Source of the DNA: Gammaproteobacteria bacterium
GTDB lineage: Bacteria > Pseudomonadota > Gammaproteobacteria > Steroidobacterales > JABDLF01
DNA: 64,000 nt
Assembly (NCBI GenBank): GCA_041565075.1
Contig: JBFGOQ010000005.1
Span: forward strand, 3,135-67,134
Direction: 5' to 3'
Position numbers and translations under genes: made by a program. The notes beneath the pieces were generated by a model. It worked only from the letters and a program-made list of their open reading frames with translations. It did no database searches and was not told the DNA's origin. The number at the start of each line of letters is the position of its first letter. Within the stretch, counting starts at the first letter, position 1. This document shows, piece after piece, positions 26,770-35,726 of the stretch.

Positions 26770-27553
26770 AGAGTATCACTGCACCGAGCATCAGTCGGTA
26801 TATGGCAAACGGCAACATGCCAATACGTTCAACAAAACGGATAAACAGGTCGATGGTCACATAAGCCGCAGCCGCGGACAGCAAAGCGCCAAGCGCAAGC
26901 ACGCCCCAATTCACGGGCCCGGGCGAGCTGACCAGACCCAGCGTCAGGTATGAACCGGCCAGCACAATAATGGGGATCGACAATAAAAACGAAAACCGGG
27001 CCGCCGCGCGCCGGTCGAGTCCCAGCATGAGCCCGGCCGTGATCGTAATACCGGAACGCGAGGTCCCGGGGATCAGCGACAGGGCCTGGGCTGTGCCAAT
27101 AATTATGAGATCGGCCCAGCCAAGCGAGTGTTCGTCGCGCTGGTGCCGGCCAAAGCGATCACTCAACCAAAGCAGAACACCGAAACCGATAGTGGTGCCT
27201 GCAATCACCAATGGCGCACGCAAGTGACCTTCGATGACGCTTTTGCCAAGCAAACCAAAAAGGCCGGCGGGAATGGTGCTGAACAAAACAGCCCAGGCGA
27301 GCCGCGCATCGGCGTCCACGCCGCGGCCTCTTATCGATTGCAGCCAGGACGCGCCCATGACCGCTAGTTCATGCCGGAAATAGATCAGCACCGCCGCGAG
27401 CGTTCCGACATGGACTGCAACATCGAAGGCGAGGCCCTGGTCCTGCCAGCCCAACACTGCCGGGACAAGCACCAGATGCCCGGAACTCGATATGGGCAAA
27501 AACTCCGTGAGTCCTTGCAGGATGGCGAGTATTGCTGCCTCAAGCGCGTCCAT
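26756..27553 (-). CDS. uppP: undecaprenyl-diphosphate phosphatase
   Basis: 265-aa ORF with the BacA/UppP motifs LTEFLPISSSGHL and PGTSRSG. Confidence 0.9.
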   Translation of the reverse strand: MDALEAAILAILQGLTEFLPISSSGHLVLVPAVLGWQDQGLAFDVAVHVGTLAAVLIYFRHELAVMGASWLQSIRGRGVDADARLAWAVLFSTIPAGLFGLLGKSVIEGHLRAPLVIAGTTIGFGVLLWLSDRFGRHQRDEHSLGWADLIIIGTAQALSLIPGTSRSGITITAGLMLGLDRRAAARFSFLLSIPIIVLAGSYLTLGLVSSPGPVNWGVLALGALLSAAAAYVTIDLFIRFVERIGMLPFAIYRLMLGAVILYVYA

Positions 27554-28846
27554 TCAGAGCTTGCCCTGCAAATTCCTGAAACTGAACCCGCACAATGCTT
27601 CTTCGTAACCTTTTGCCAGGGCCATAAACTTGAAGCGCTCGCCCATTTCTCCCGGCAGCGTCAGGGTCTTGACTTCGCTCGCCAGGCGCATCTGTTCCTC
27701 CACTGAACCACCAGTTTGCTTTTGCATCACAGATTCCAGCCCCGTGCCGATCAGGAAATGTGCCTGCGTCGTAAAGCCCGCTACCGAACATTCGGCAACC
27801 TCGGTCGCCCGGGCCACGGCGGTGAAGTCTACCCATGCCGAAATGTCCTGTAACCCCGGATACAAAAACGGGTCATCGTGGGCACGGTGCCGATAGTGGC
27901 AGATCAGTGTGCCCTCGCGGCGTTCAGGCAGATAATACTCGGCACGGGGCATGCCATAGTCGGCGAGAATGACCACGCCCTCCTGCAATTGTCCGAGCAG
28001 AGATTGCAGCCACGCCGTGAGGCCCATGCAAAGCTCGGACCTGTAGCCGGCGGGCATTGGTGCCGCGAGTGCTGATTCGATGTCGTTTACCGCCTCTCTC
28101 AATGCATCGTCCGCTGGCACGCGGTCCCAGCCGAAACCCGCATCCCGGGCGACGACCACGCGCTCGAGCACGCGGTCCGCTCCCGTGCCCCGGGTAATCT
28201 CGAAGCAGCGCACGGGCAGTGCGTCCAGCACTTCGTTAGCGAGGATTACGCCTTTCCAGGGTAACACTGGGGGTGCGTCGAGCCATTCGATATCTACTGC
28301 ACCGGCATTGAGGTGCGGGACCAGTAACTGCCTTTGCCGGTTGCGCAGATCGGCGCTGACTTCCAACAGCTGATACTTGCCGGGGCTGCAATTCAGCCGA
28401 TGCAATTCGTCAAGAATATCGCGGGCGAGTCGGCCAGTGCCGGGACCAATCTCGAGCAGGTCACCGCCTGACACCTGCAATACTTGAGCGCACTGGCGCG
28501 CAAGACAGTAGCCGAAGACCGAAGATACTTCCGGTGCTGTCGTGAAATCGCCTTGCGCACCGAACTTGGTTGAGCCGGCCGAATAATAGCCGAGACCCGG
28601 CGCGTACAGCGCTTCGTGCATGTAGCGATCAAAGCCAATATAGCCACCGGCCCGTGCAATGACCTCGCGCAGGTGTTGCGTCAGCCTGGCACTGTGGGCC
28701 AGGGCGTCGGCGCCGGGCTCCGGTAGCGGCTGGCTTTGCCGGGATGTTAGATTCAATCTGCACCGGGGAGTGAAAAAGCAAATGCAGGATAATACACAGC
28801 TACTCAGCGGCAAAACCGTTTTGATCACCGGCGGAGCGCGACGCAT
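27554..28846 (-). CDS. SAM-dependent methyltransferase, MidA/NDUFAF7 (DUF185) family
   Basis: Motifs YMHEALYAPGLGYY and LLEIGPGTGRLARD. Start uncertain: ATG at 28846 would overlap the divergent SDR gene, and TTG at 28756 is an alternative. Stop abuts the uppP start. Confidence 0.7.
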   Translation of the reverse strand: MRRAPPVIKTVLPLSSCVLSCICFFTPRCRLNLTSRQSQPLPEPGADALAHSARLTQHLREVIARAGGYIGFDRYMHEALYAPGLGYYSAGSTKFGAQGDFTTAPEVSSVFGYCLARQCAQVLQVSGGDLLEIGPGTGRLARDILDELHRLNCSPGKYQLLEVSADLRNRQRQLLVPHLNAGAVDIEWLDAPPVLPWKGVILANEVLDALPVRCFEITRGTGADRVLERVVVARDAGFGWDRVPADDALREAVNDIESALAAPMPAGYRSELCMGLTAWLQSLLGQLQEGVVILADYGMPRAEYYLPERREGTLICHYRHRAHDDPFLYPGLQDISAWVDFTAVARATEVAECSVAGFTTQAHFLIGTGLESVMQKQTGGSVEEQMRLASEVKTLTLPGEMGERFKFMALAKGYEEALCGFSFRNLQGKL

Positions 28847-29537
28847 TGGCGCTGCCCTGGTTCGTGGCTTTCATGGCACCGGGGCCAATGTGGTTATTCA
28901 TTATCGCCACTCATCGGCAGAGGCCGAAACACTGGCCGAGCAGCTCAACGCAGTGCGCAAGGACAGCGCCAGTACTGCCCACGCCGATCTTCTGAAGACA
29001 GGCCGCTTGGCCAGGCTGGTCGATCACGCTGTGAAGCGCTTTGGTCAATTAGACGTGCTGGTGAATAACGCATCCAGCTTCTACCCTACACCCATGGGCA
29101 AAATCAGCGAAGCCGACTGGCACGACCTGACCGGCAGCAATCTAAAGGCACCCCTGTTCCTCACCCAGGCCGCACGCACTGAACTTGCCAAGGCCAGGGG
29201 CCTGGTGATCAACATGATCGACATTCATGCGCGCAGGCCGTTGGCAGACCACGTGGTCTATTGTTCGGCCAAAGCCGGCTTGCAGGCCCTGACGCTCGCG
29301 CTCGCCCGCGATCTTGGTCCTGAAATTCGCGTTAATGGCATCGCGCCCGGCGCAATTCTGTGGCCGGAAAAAGGCACGGATGAAAAGCAGCAACAGGCCG
29401 TTATTCGGCGTACGCCATTGCAGCGCGCGGGAGATCCTGACGATATCGTGCGCACTGCTCTGTTTCTGGCCGCCAATGCACCGTTTATTACCGGCCAGAT
29501 CATCACAGTAGATGGCGGGCGCAGTGCCGGATGGTAG
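28782..29537 (+). CDS. short-chain dehydrogenase, pteridine reductase / FolM-like
   Basis: ATG at 28782 preceded by GGGGAG. Motifs TGGARRIGAAL, NNAS and YCSAKAGL (YxxxK). Located next to folK/folB. Confidence 0.7.
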   Translation: MQDNTQLLSGKTVLITGGARRIGAALVRGFHGTGANVVIHYRHSSAEAETLAEQLNAVRKDSASTAHADLLKTGRLARLVDHAVKRFGQLDVLVNNASSFYPTPMGKISEADWHDLTGSNLKAPLFLTQAARTELAKARGLVINMIDIHARRPLADHVVYCSAKAGLQALTLALARDLGPEIRVNGIAPGAILWPEKGTDEKQQQAVIRRTPLQRAGDPDDIVRTALFLAANAPFITGQIITVDGGRSAGW

Positions 29538-29563
29538 CCCGGTCGTTGCGATAACGCCTGCGG

Positions 29564-30907
29564 TCAGAACACGCCGCGTATGACTTGCCAGTCGTCGCCC
29601 GCCACCGGTCGAACGCGCCGGTCTTCCGTGCTGAGCTCGCGGCTGGATTTTAAGGGCGCCGGACTACAGGTGCCATTCTCTACGTAGTAAAGGGCCTCGG
29701 CAGTCGAGGCCTCGGCGGGATCACCAAAAGGCTGATCGAGCTGATCCTCCGCGGCACAATCAACCGGCAGACCATCGTAGTAGTCTCCTTGGTCGTCGGC
29801 GTTGCGCAGATTAAACGAAATCGGGTTCAAGACCTTGCCGCAGAATGGAAACCCGTAAGAACCCACCGGTTTACCAAAGGTACGATCGCCAATCAGCACA
29901 ACCTGGATGTGCGGGCGCAGGGCATTTACCACCAGCTCGCTGGCCGAAGCGCTGGATTGGGTGGTGATGACCACCACCCGGGCGACACCAAGCGATTGCG
30001 CAGGATTGGGGAAAAATGAGGTACGGTTGCGGCTCACGTTGTTGGCGTTGTGCACCCAGTTTGAAAACACCCGGGCACTGGTTGCCTGACCACCGATCAG
30101 ACCGCCGAGATGCTCGGCCACGGAAACCAGGCCACCCCCGTTGTAACGCAAGTCGAGAATAAGCTCGGTCACGCCCTGGCTGTTAAACGACGTGAACGCG
30201 TTATCGAGCGCGGCAAATGAAGGCTCGATGAAAGTGCGAAACATGACGTAGCCGGTTTGCACACCATTGATGTCGAAAACAGTTGCCAGCGGCACGGGTC
30301 GGATGGTGGCGAGCGCCTTGGCCAGCGTAATCGTCGTGTCGTTGCCTTGCAGATCGCGATAGCGCAGATCGACGGCCTGGCCTTCTATGTCAGGACCAAA
30401 GGCCTCGCTCACTGTTTCGGCAGCTATCAGATCCGCTGCGGCCTGGCCGTTGATCTCGAGCAATTCGAAACCACGCGCAAAGCCTGCCTGGTCGGCGGGG
30501 CTGTCGAAAATCACCTGGCCAACAAAGAGCTGGCTGCCCAGGGTGCGCAGCGTAAGCCCGACACCGATAAATTTACCCTCCTCGAAAAAGAGCGTGTTCT
30601 CAACCTCATCGCGAATGGTGCTGAAGGTGCTGTCGAGTACCTGATAACGAATGTCTTCCAGCAATGCCTCGGGTGAGGCATAAATATCGGGATTGACAGT
30701 CGGCAGAAACTCATTCCAGAAATAGATGTCCTGCATGACTTCATAAACAAAGCGGTTCTGCCCGATAGTTGAGCAAGCCGAGGTGTCCACGGCATCGCCC
30801 ACCGCATCACCGAGGCCGCCGCTGGATGATCCGCAAGCTGCCAGCAAGCTCACGCCAGCCAGCATAAAAACGTGTCTAAGAAAGTTCTTCATCGCTTTTT
30901 TCACCAA
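29564..30907 (-). CDS. S41-family peptidase lipoprotein
   Basis: Lipobox LLAACGSS. S41 motifs DLRYNGGG and TQSSASASE (catalytic Ser context). Confidence 0.7.
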   Translation of the reverse strand: MVKKAMKNFLRHVFMLAGVSLLAACGSSSGGLGDAVGDAVDTSACSTIGQNRFVYEVMQDIYFWNEFLPTVNPDIYASPEALLEDIRYQVLDSTFSTIRDEVENTLFFEEGKFIGVGLTLRTLGSQLFVGQVIFDSPADQAGFARGFELLEINGQAAADLIAAETVSEAFGPDIEGQAVDLRYRDLQGNDTTITLAKALATIRPVPLATVFDINGVQTGYVMFRTFIEPSFAALDNAFTSFNSQGVTELILDLRYNGGGLVSVAEHLGGLIGGQATSARVFSNWVHNANNVSRNRTSFFPNPAQSLGVARVVVITTQSSASASELVVNALRPHIQVVLIGDRTFGKPVGSYGFPFCGKVLNPISFNLRNADDQGDYYDGLPVDCAAEDQLDQPFGDPAEASTAEALYYVENGTCSPAPLKSSRELSTEDRRVRPVAGDDWQVIRGVF

Positions 30908-31427
30908 AGATTCGCATCACCGAATTAGACATCTTTTTGACTCCGGGTTCCGGTAATTCTACTCGCTCGAGCTTACCGCCGGATCCTTTGAAAGCACGCC
31001 AGTGCTCCAGGAAAGTCCTGCCGCTGACCGGATGACGACGATCTGCAGCGATTTCCGCCAGTGGCCGCAGCACGAACGCGCGCTTCAGGACATCGGCACG
31101 GGGTAGCGGCGGTTCCTTGCATACTCGGTCACCATAAAGCAGCAGGTCCAGATCCAGGGTACGCGGGCCCCAACGTCTCTCGCTGCGCGTACGGCCGCAT
31201 TCTCGCTCTACTTGCCGCAGCTTCTCAACCAGTCTGTCCACTGGCAGCGTGCTGCTAAATGCTACGACCAGATTCAGGAAGTCATCGCCATCGAAACCCA
31301 CCGCGGGATTGCGATAAACGGGCGACACAGCGAGCGGACCAAACGCATCGCCCAGCGCCTCGAGGGACCGCGCAACATGTATCTCGGGCTCGACGTTGCT
31401 GCCAATTCCCACAAAAATTTCAGGCAT
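30876..31427 (-). CDS. folK: 2-amino-4-hydroxy-6-hydroxymethyldihydropteridine diphosphokinase
   Basis: Motifs IFVGIGSNV and PRTLDLDLLLYGD. Overlaps folB by 8 nt. Confidence 0.85.
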   Translation of the reverse strand: MPEIFVGIGSNVEPEIHVARSLEALGDAFGPLAVSPVYRNPAVGFDGDDFLNLVVAFSSTLPVDRLVEKLRQVERECGRTRSERRWGPRTLDLDLLLYGDRVCKEPPLPRADVLKRAFVLRPLAEIAADRRHPVSGRTFLEHWRAFKGSGGKLERVELPEPGVKKMSNSVMRIFGEKSDEELS

Positions 31428-31785
31428 TGGGGTCTACAGCCTGGCGCACGATTTCGACACCCACGTCCCTGGAGCCCCGCACCGCGCCCGGTTTGCTGAG
31501 GCGCACCCGCACCCACCGCACGTCAAATTCCTGAATGACGATTTGCGCAATCTTCTCCGCCAGGGTCTCCACCAGCTGAAATTCCGCGGCCTCTATGAAG
31601 GCAATGAGGCGTTTGGCCACCGCCTTGTAATCCAGGGTGTCCTCGATGGCATCGCTGAGAGCCGCCTTGCCAATGTCAGCGTCCATTTCGAGGTCGAGGC
31701 TGACCGGCTGGCGAATCTTGCGCTCCCAGTCGTAGATGCCGATAACGGTTTCGACGCGCAGGTCGCTTAGAAAGATCTTATCCAT
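31420..31785 (-). CDS. folB: dihydroneopterin aldolase
   Basis: 121-aa ORF starting MDKIFLSDLRVETVIGIYDWER, with the typical FolB N-terminus and length. Confidence 0.85.
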   Translation of the reverse strand: MDKIFLSDLRVETVIGIYDWERKIRQPVSLDLEMDADIGKAALSDAIEDTLDYKAVAKRLIAFIEAAEFQLVETLAEKIAQIVIQEFDVRWVRVRLSKPGAVRGSRDVGVEIVRQAVDPNA

Positions 31786-31803
31786 TTGTTTGTGCTTTGT
31801 TGC

Positions 31804-32889
31804 TCATGCGGCCGGCAACGCAATTTCTGGCGAACGCAGTTCTTCGAGCGGCCAGCGCGGCCGCGGCCGTCGCATGCCATCATCCGCGTCGCCGGCACTC
31901 AGTCGCAAATATCCGGCAAATGCAATCATCGCGCCATTGTCTGTACAAAACTCGGGACGCGGATAGAAAACCTGCGCACCGAGATCTTCAGCCATGGAAT
32001 CCAGTGATGCTCTGAGTCTCAGGTTGGCGCTGACGCCGCCGGCAACGACCAGCCGTGACGCTGCCCCCCGCTGCAAGCCCCTCCGGCATTTCAGGGTCAG
32101 GGTCTCCACCACCGCATCCTCAAAGTCCCTCGCGATGTCCGCACGCGTGGCGTCATCGAGTTCACCCGCCCGCTCGCGGGTGTCATTTACGGCCAGCAGG
32201 ACGGCCGTCTTCAGCCCGCTGAAACTGAAGTCTAGGCCCGGTTTGCGGGTCATTGGCCGCGGGAAATCAAAACGCCCGGGCTGACCGAGTTCGGCCAGCT
32301 TAGCGAGCTCCGGGCCACCGGGGTAAGGCAGTCCCAGTAGCTTGGCTGTCTTGTCAAAGGCCTCACCGGCCGCGTCATCGAGCGTTTCACCAAGCATCTT
32401 GTACTGCCCGACTCCATCCACTGCGACGAGCTGGGTATGCCCGCCCGACACCAGCAAGGCAAGAAAGGGAAATTCGGGAGCCGGATGTTCAAGCAGGGGC
32501 GCCAGCAGGTGGCCCTCCATATGATGAATGCCAATCAGTGGCAGATTCCAGGCATAGGCCATGCCCGCCGCCGCGGAAGCACCGACCAGGAGCGCACCGA
32601 CCAGCCCTGGACCACGGGTATAAGCGATGCCGCCGAGCTCCCCGGCTGCAATCCCGGCCTCGCCCAGGCACGCCCGGACCATGGGGGTGAGCTTGCGGAT
32701 ATGGTCGCGAGAGGCCAGTTCCGGAACCACGCCGCCAAACTCCCGATGCAGTGCCGCCTGACTGTAAACCTTGTGCGCCAACAGGCCCGCAGCGGCATCG
32801 TAGATGGCCACGCCCGTCTCGTCACAAGAGGTTTCTATTCCCAGCACCTTCAAACTGGCCTGTTCCTCCCCCGCCTGAGGCAGAATCAC
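31804..32889 (-). CDS. tsaD: tRNA N6-adenosine threonylcarbamoyltransferase
   Basis: Motifs [17 protein letters not shown] and [10 protein letters not shown]. Start is GTG at 32889 or TTG at 32853. Confidence 0.9.
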   Translation of the reverse strand: MILPQAGEEQASLKVLGIETSCDETGVAIYDAAAGLLAHKVYSQAALHREFGGVVPELASRDHIRKLTPMVRACLGEAGIAAGELGGIAYTRGPGLVGALLVGASAAAGMAYAWNLPLIGIHHMEGHLLAPLLEHPAPEFPFLALLVSGGHTQLVAVDGVGQYKMLGETLDDAAGEAFDKTAKLLGLPYPGGPELAKLAELGQPGRFDFPRPMTRKPGLDFSFSGLKTAVLLAVNDTRERAGELDDATRADIARDFEDAVVETLTLKCRRGLQRGAASRLVVAGGVSANLRLRASLDSMAEDLGAQVFYPRPEFCTDNGAMIAFAGYLRLSAGDADDGMRRPRPRWPLEELRSPEIALPAA

Positions 32890-32903
32890 CCGCCCTGTAG
32901 ACT

Positions 32904-32932
32904 TTGCAATTCTACACTCAGCCTAATAAAAT
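32904..32932 (+). promoter_or_regulatory. candidate sigma70 promoter of the rpsU operon
   Basis: TTGCAA (32904..32909), 17 nt, TAAAAT (32927..32932), about 70 nt upstream of the rpsU ATG. Confidence 0.5.
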
Positions 32933-32945
32933 ATCGGGTTCACCT

Positions 32946-32967
32946 GCCGGGCTCGCCCGGTTTTTTT
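32946..32967 (+). promoter_or_regulatory. terminator-like hairpin plus T7 tract in the rpsU leader
   Basis: G-CCGGG-CTCG-CCCGG-TTTTTTT, located immediately downstream of the candidate -10 and 37 nt before the rpsU ATG. Confidence 0.4.
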
Positions 32968-33003
32968 GACGGTTTACCAAGATATCCCGGGGTAGTGACA
33001 GAC

Positions 33004-33219
33004 ATGCCGAGCGTCCGTGTAAGAGAAAACGAATATTTTGATGCAGCCCTCAGGCGCTTCAAGCGCGCCTGCGAAAAGGCCGGCATCCTTACGGAACTGC
33101 GGCGCAGGGAGTTTTACGAAAAGCCAACCCAGGAACGCAAACGCCGCAAGGCCGCTGCCGTCAAGCGTCACGCCAAGAAGTCGGCGCGGGACAACGCCAA
33201 GCGCCAGCGCCTGTATTGA
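33004..33219 (+). CDS. rpsU: 30S ribosomal protein S21
   Basis: The last 71 codons of ORF 32437..33219 give [59 protein letters not shown], the canonical S21 sequence. Confidence 0.95.
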   Translation: MPSVRVRENEYFDAALRRFKRACEKAGILTELRRREFYEKPTQERKRRKAAAVKRHAKKSARDNAKRQRLY

Positions 33220-33255
33220 AGGCGCCTCGGGCCGCCACCCCTCCGGGACCCGCTC

Positions 33256-33702
33256 ATGTCCCTGAGTAAGCAGATTAATGCCGATGTGAAAGACGCGATG
33301 CGTGCGCGGGATAAGCCGCGCCTGGGCGTTTTGCGCATGATTACTGCTGCAATCAAGCAGCGGGAAGTCGACGAACGAACCACGCTCGATGATGCCCAGG
33401 TAATGGCCGTTCTCGAGAAGATGCTCAAGCAACGACGCGAGTCCGTTAGCCAGTATGAAAAGGGCGATCGCGCCGATCTCGCGGCTATCGAACGCGCTGA
33501 AATCGAGATCATCAGCACCTACCTGCCGACGAAATTGTCCGCTGAAGAGACGGCCGGGCTGGTGGACAAGGCGATTGCCGAAACCGGCGCTGAGGGCCCC
33601 AGGGACATGGGCAAAGTCATGGCCTGGCTCAAGCAGGCGGCGGCTGGCCGGCTGGACATGGGCGCGGCCAGCAAGGTCGCCAGGGCACGTCTCGGCAGCT
33701 GA
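33256..33702 (+). CDS. GatB/YqeY domain protein
   Basis: 148-aa ORF starting MSLSKQINADVKDAMRARDKPRLGVLRMITAAIKQREVDER, in the usual position between rpsU and dnaG. Confidence 0.85.
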   Translation: MSLSKQINADVKDAMRARDKPRLGVLRMITAAIKQREVDERTTLDDAQVMAVLEKMLKQRRESVSQYEKGDRADLAAIERAEIEIISTYLPTKLSAEETAGLVDKAIAETGAEGPRDMGKVMAWLKQAAAGRLDMGAASKVARARLGS

Positions 33703-33862
33703 TCTGAGGAGTACCACCGCCGGACGGGCAATTTACTGTGGCTGGTCTATGATTTGACTGCCCGGCCCAACAACTACAACGCGACTTGAAAAGTCGCCCG
33801 CGCTCAATGCGCATGCTTGCAGGCTCGTGCCCCAAAACCCGGCTCGTACTCGGCTCCAGGAT

Positions 33863-35656
33863 ATGGCAGGAAGAATTCCACAACACTTCATAGACGACCT
33901 GCTGGCACGCGCCGACATCGTCGAAGTTGTCAACAGCCGCGCGCCGCTTAAAAAGGCCGGGCGCGAGTACAAGGCCTGTTGTCCGTTTCATGATGAAAAA
34001 ACGCCGTCTTTCACCGTCAGCCCGGGCAAGCAGTTCTATCACTGCTTTGGCTGCGGCGCCCACGGAACGGCTCTCGGTTTTCTCATGGAGCATGACCACA
34101 TGAGTTTCGTGGAGGCTGTCGAGGAACTTGCTGGCATGAACGGCCTGGAAGTACCGCGCGAAGAAGGCGCGTCACCAGGCCGCAGCAACGATGACCTCTA
34201 CACGCTGATGGCCGCTATAAGCAGCCATTACCAGGGCGCACTCAAGGAGCACCCGGATGCCATCGACTACCTCAAAAACCGCGGTCTGACCGGTCACACC
34301 GCGGGCGACTTCGCCATCGGTTTTGTCCCGGACAGCTGGGATACGCTGCTCACGCACTTTGGCCAGGACGAAGAAGGGCAGCGACGGCTGCATCTCACAG
34401 GCATGGTTATCGAGCGCGAAGGTGGCGGCTACTATGACCGCTTTCGCCACCGCATCATGTTTCCGATCAGGGATACGCGCGGCAGAGTCATAGGCTTTGG
34501 CGGTCGCGTGCTCGGTGACGGTGAACCTAAATACCTCAACTCGCCCGAAACACCTTTGTTCAAGAAGGGCCAGGCCCTGTACGGGCTATACGAGGCCAGG
34601 CAGGCGCTCAGGGACCTTCCGCGGCTGCTGGTCGTGGAAGGCTACATGGATGTAATTGGGCTTGCCCAGCACGACATTCGCTACGCCGTCGCGACCCTGG
34701 GGACTGCCACCACGGTTGAACATCTGAAACAAATGTTTCGCATTACCAACCAGGTCGTATTCTGTTTCGATGGTGATCGTGCGGGTCGCGCCGCGGCCTG
34801 GCGGGCACTGGAAAACGCGTTACCTGAAATGCGCGAAGGTCGCGATATTCGTTTCCTGTTCCTGCCCGATGGCGAAGACCCGGATTCCCTGGTGCGCCGG
34901 GAGGGTCGCGCAAGGTTCGAGAAGCGACTCGAGGACGCGCTGCCGTTTTCTGAATACCTGGTATCGCAGCTCGCCAGCCAGGTGGATATGGGCAGCGTCG
35001 AGGGGCGGGCCCGCATGGCGGACATGAGTCGACCCTTGCTTGCTCGCATCCCCAGGGGCGTCTACCGGGAGATGCTGGTGGGTCGTGTGGCTGAGACTGT
35101 CAGCATGACGGCCACGGCTTTGGCAGAAATCCTGAGCGATTCTAAGGAAAGCAGCGCGCGTCCACGCCGCCCCAAAGCGCAAGCTGCCCAGACACGCAAC
35201 AGCCTCGCCCGGCGGGCCATAGGGCACCTGATTGCCAACCCACGACTTGCGCTGGAGGTCGAAGCGCCCGAGGCGCTGGCGCGTTCGCCCCAACCTGGCC
35301 ACCGCATTCTCGTAGAACTGATTACGCAATGCCGGGAAAAACCGGGCCTGAATACTGCTGCCCTGCTGGAACGCTGGCGGGAACGTCCCGAGGGGCCCCA
35401 CTTGCAAAAACTACTGCAGAATCGTCTGCAACAGCTGGGCCAGCGCTCAGGATTCAGCCCTGAGGGCTTGAAACAGGAATTCCGGGGCCTCATCAACAGG
35501 ATTGATGAGGAGTTGCGGCCGGACCGGGAAAAATCACTGTTGGCGAAGATGGCCAGCGAGGGCCTCTCCAGCGAGGAAAAAGAGGAACTTAGGGCCCTGC
35601 ATATTGCCAGAAGCGAAGTCGGCGCAAGGTCGGGCAACGAGCCCGGCGGAGCGTGA
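33863..35656 (+). CDS. dnaG: DNA primase
   Basis: ATG at 33863 gives MAGRIPQHFIDDLLARADIV, matching the E. coli DnaG N-terminus as I recall it. Zinc ribbon CCPFHDEKTPSFTVSPGKQFYHCFGCGAHG and Toprim motif VEGYMDV. Confidence 0.9.
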   Translation: MAGRIPQHFIDDLLARADIVEVVNSRAPLKKAGREYKACCPFHDEKTPSFTVSPGKQFYHCFGCGAHGTALGFLMEHDHMSFVEAVEELAGMNGLEVPREEGASPGRSNDDLYTLMAAISSHYQGALKEHPDAIDYLKNRGLTGHTAGDFAIGFVPDSWDTLLTHFGQDEEGQRRLHLTGMVIEREGGGYYDRFRHRIMFPIRDTRGRVIGFGGRVLGDGEPKYLNSPETPLFKKGQALYGLYEARQALRDLPRLLVVEGYMDVIGLAQHDIRYAVATLGTATTVEHLKQMFRITNQVVFCFDGDRAGRAAAWRALENALPEMREGRDIRFLFLPDGEDPDSLVRREGRARFEKRLEDALPFSEYLVSQLASQVDMGSVEGRARMADMSRPLLARIPRGVYREMLVGRVAETVSMTATALAEILSDSKESSARPRRPKAQAAQTRNSLARRAIGHLIANPRLALEVEAPEALARSPQPGHRILVELITQCREKPGLNTAALLERWRERPEGPHLQKLLQNRLQQLGQRSGFSPEGLKQEFRGLINRIDEELRPDREKSLLAKMASEGLSSEEKEELRALHIARSEVGARSGNEPGGA

Positions 35657-35726
35657 TTTTTGTAGATAGGTCAGCTACTTTTTAGTATGCTGGTTGGTTT
35701 ATTTGACCCTCGAAGATGGACGACTT

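Noticed and set aside
32437-33219. 260-aa ORF spanning the tsaD 5' region and rpsU.
   Set aside because: Only the last 71 codons, from ATG at 33004, form the canonical S21 protein. The upstream part is antisense to tsaD and low-complexity.
32974-33717. 247-aa minus-strand ORF covering rpsU and the yqeY-like gene.
   Set aside because: Antisense to two well-supported conserved genes and carries no motifs.
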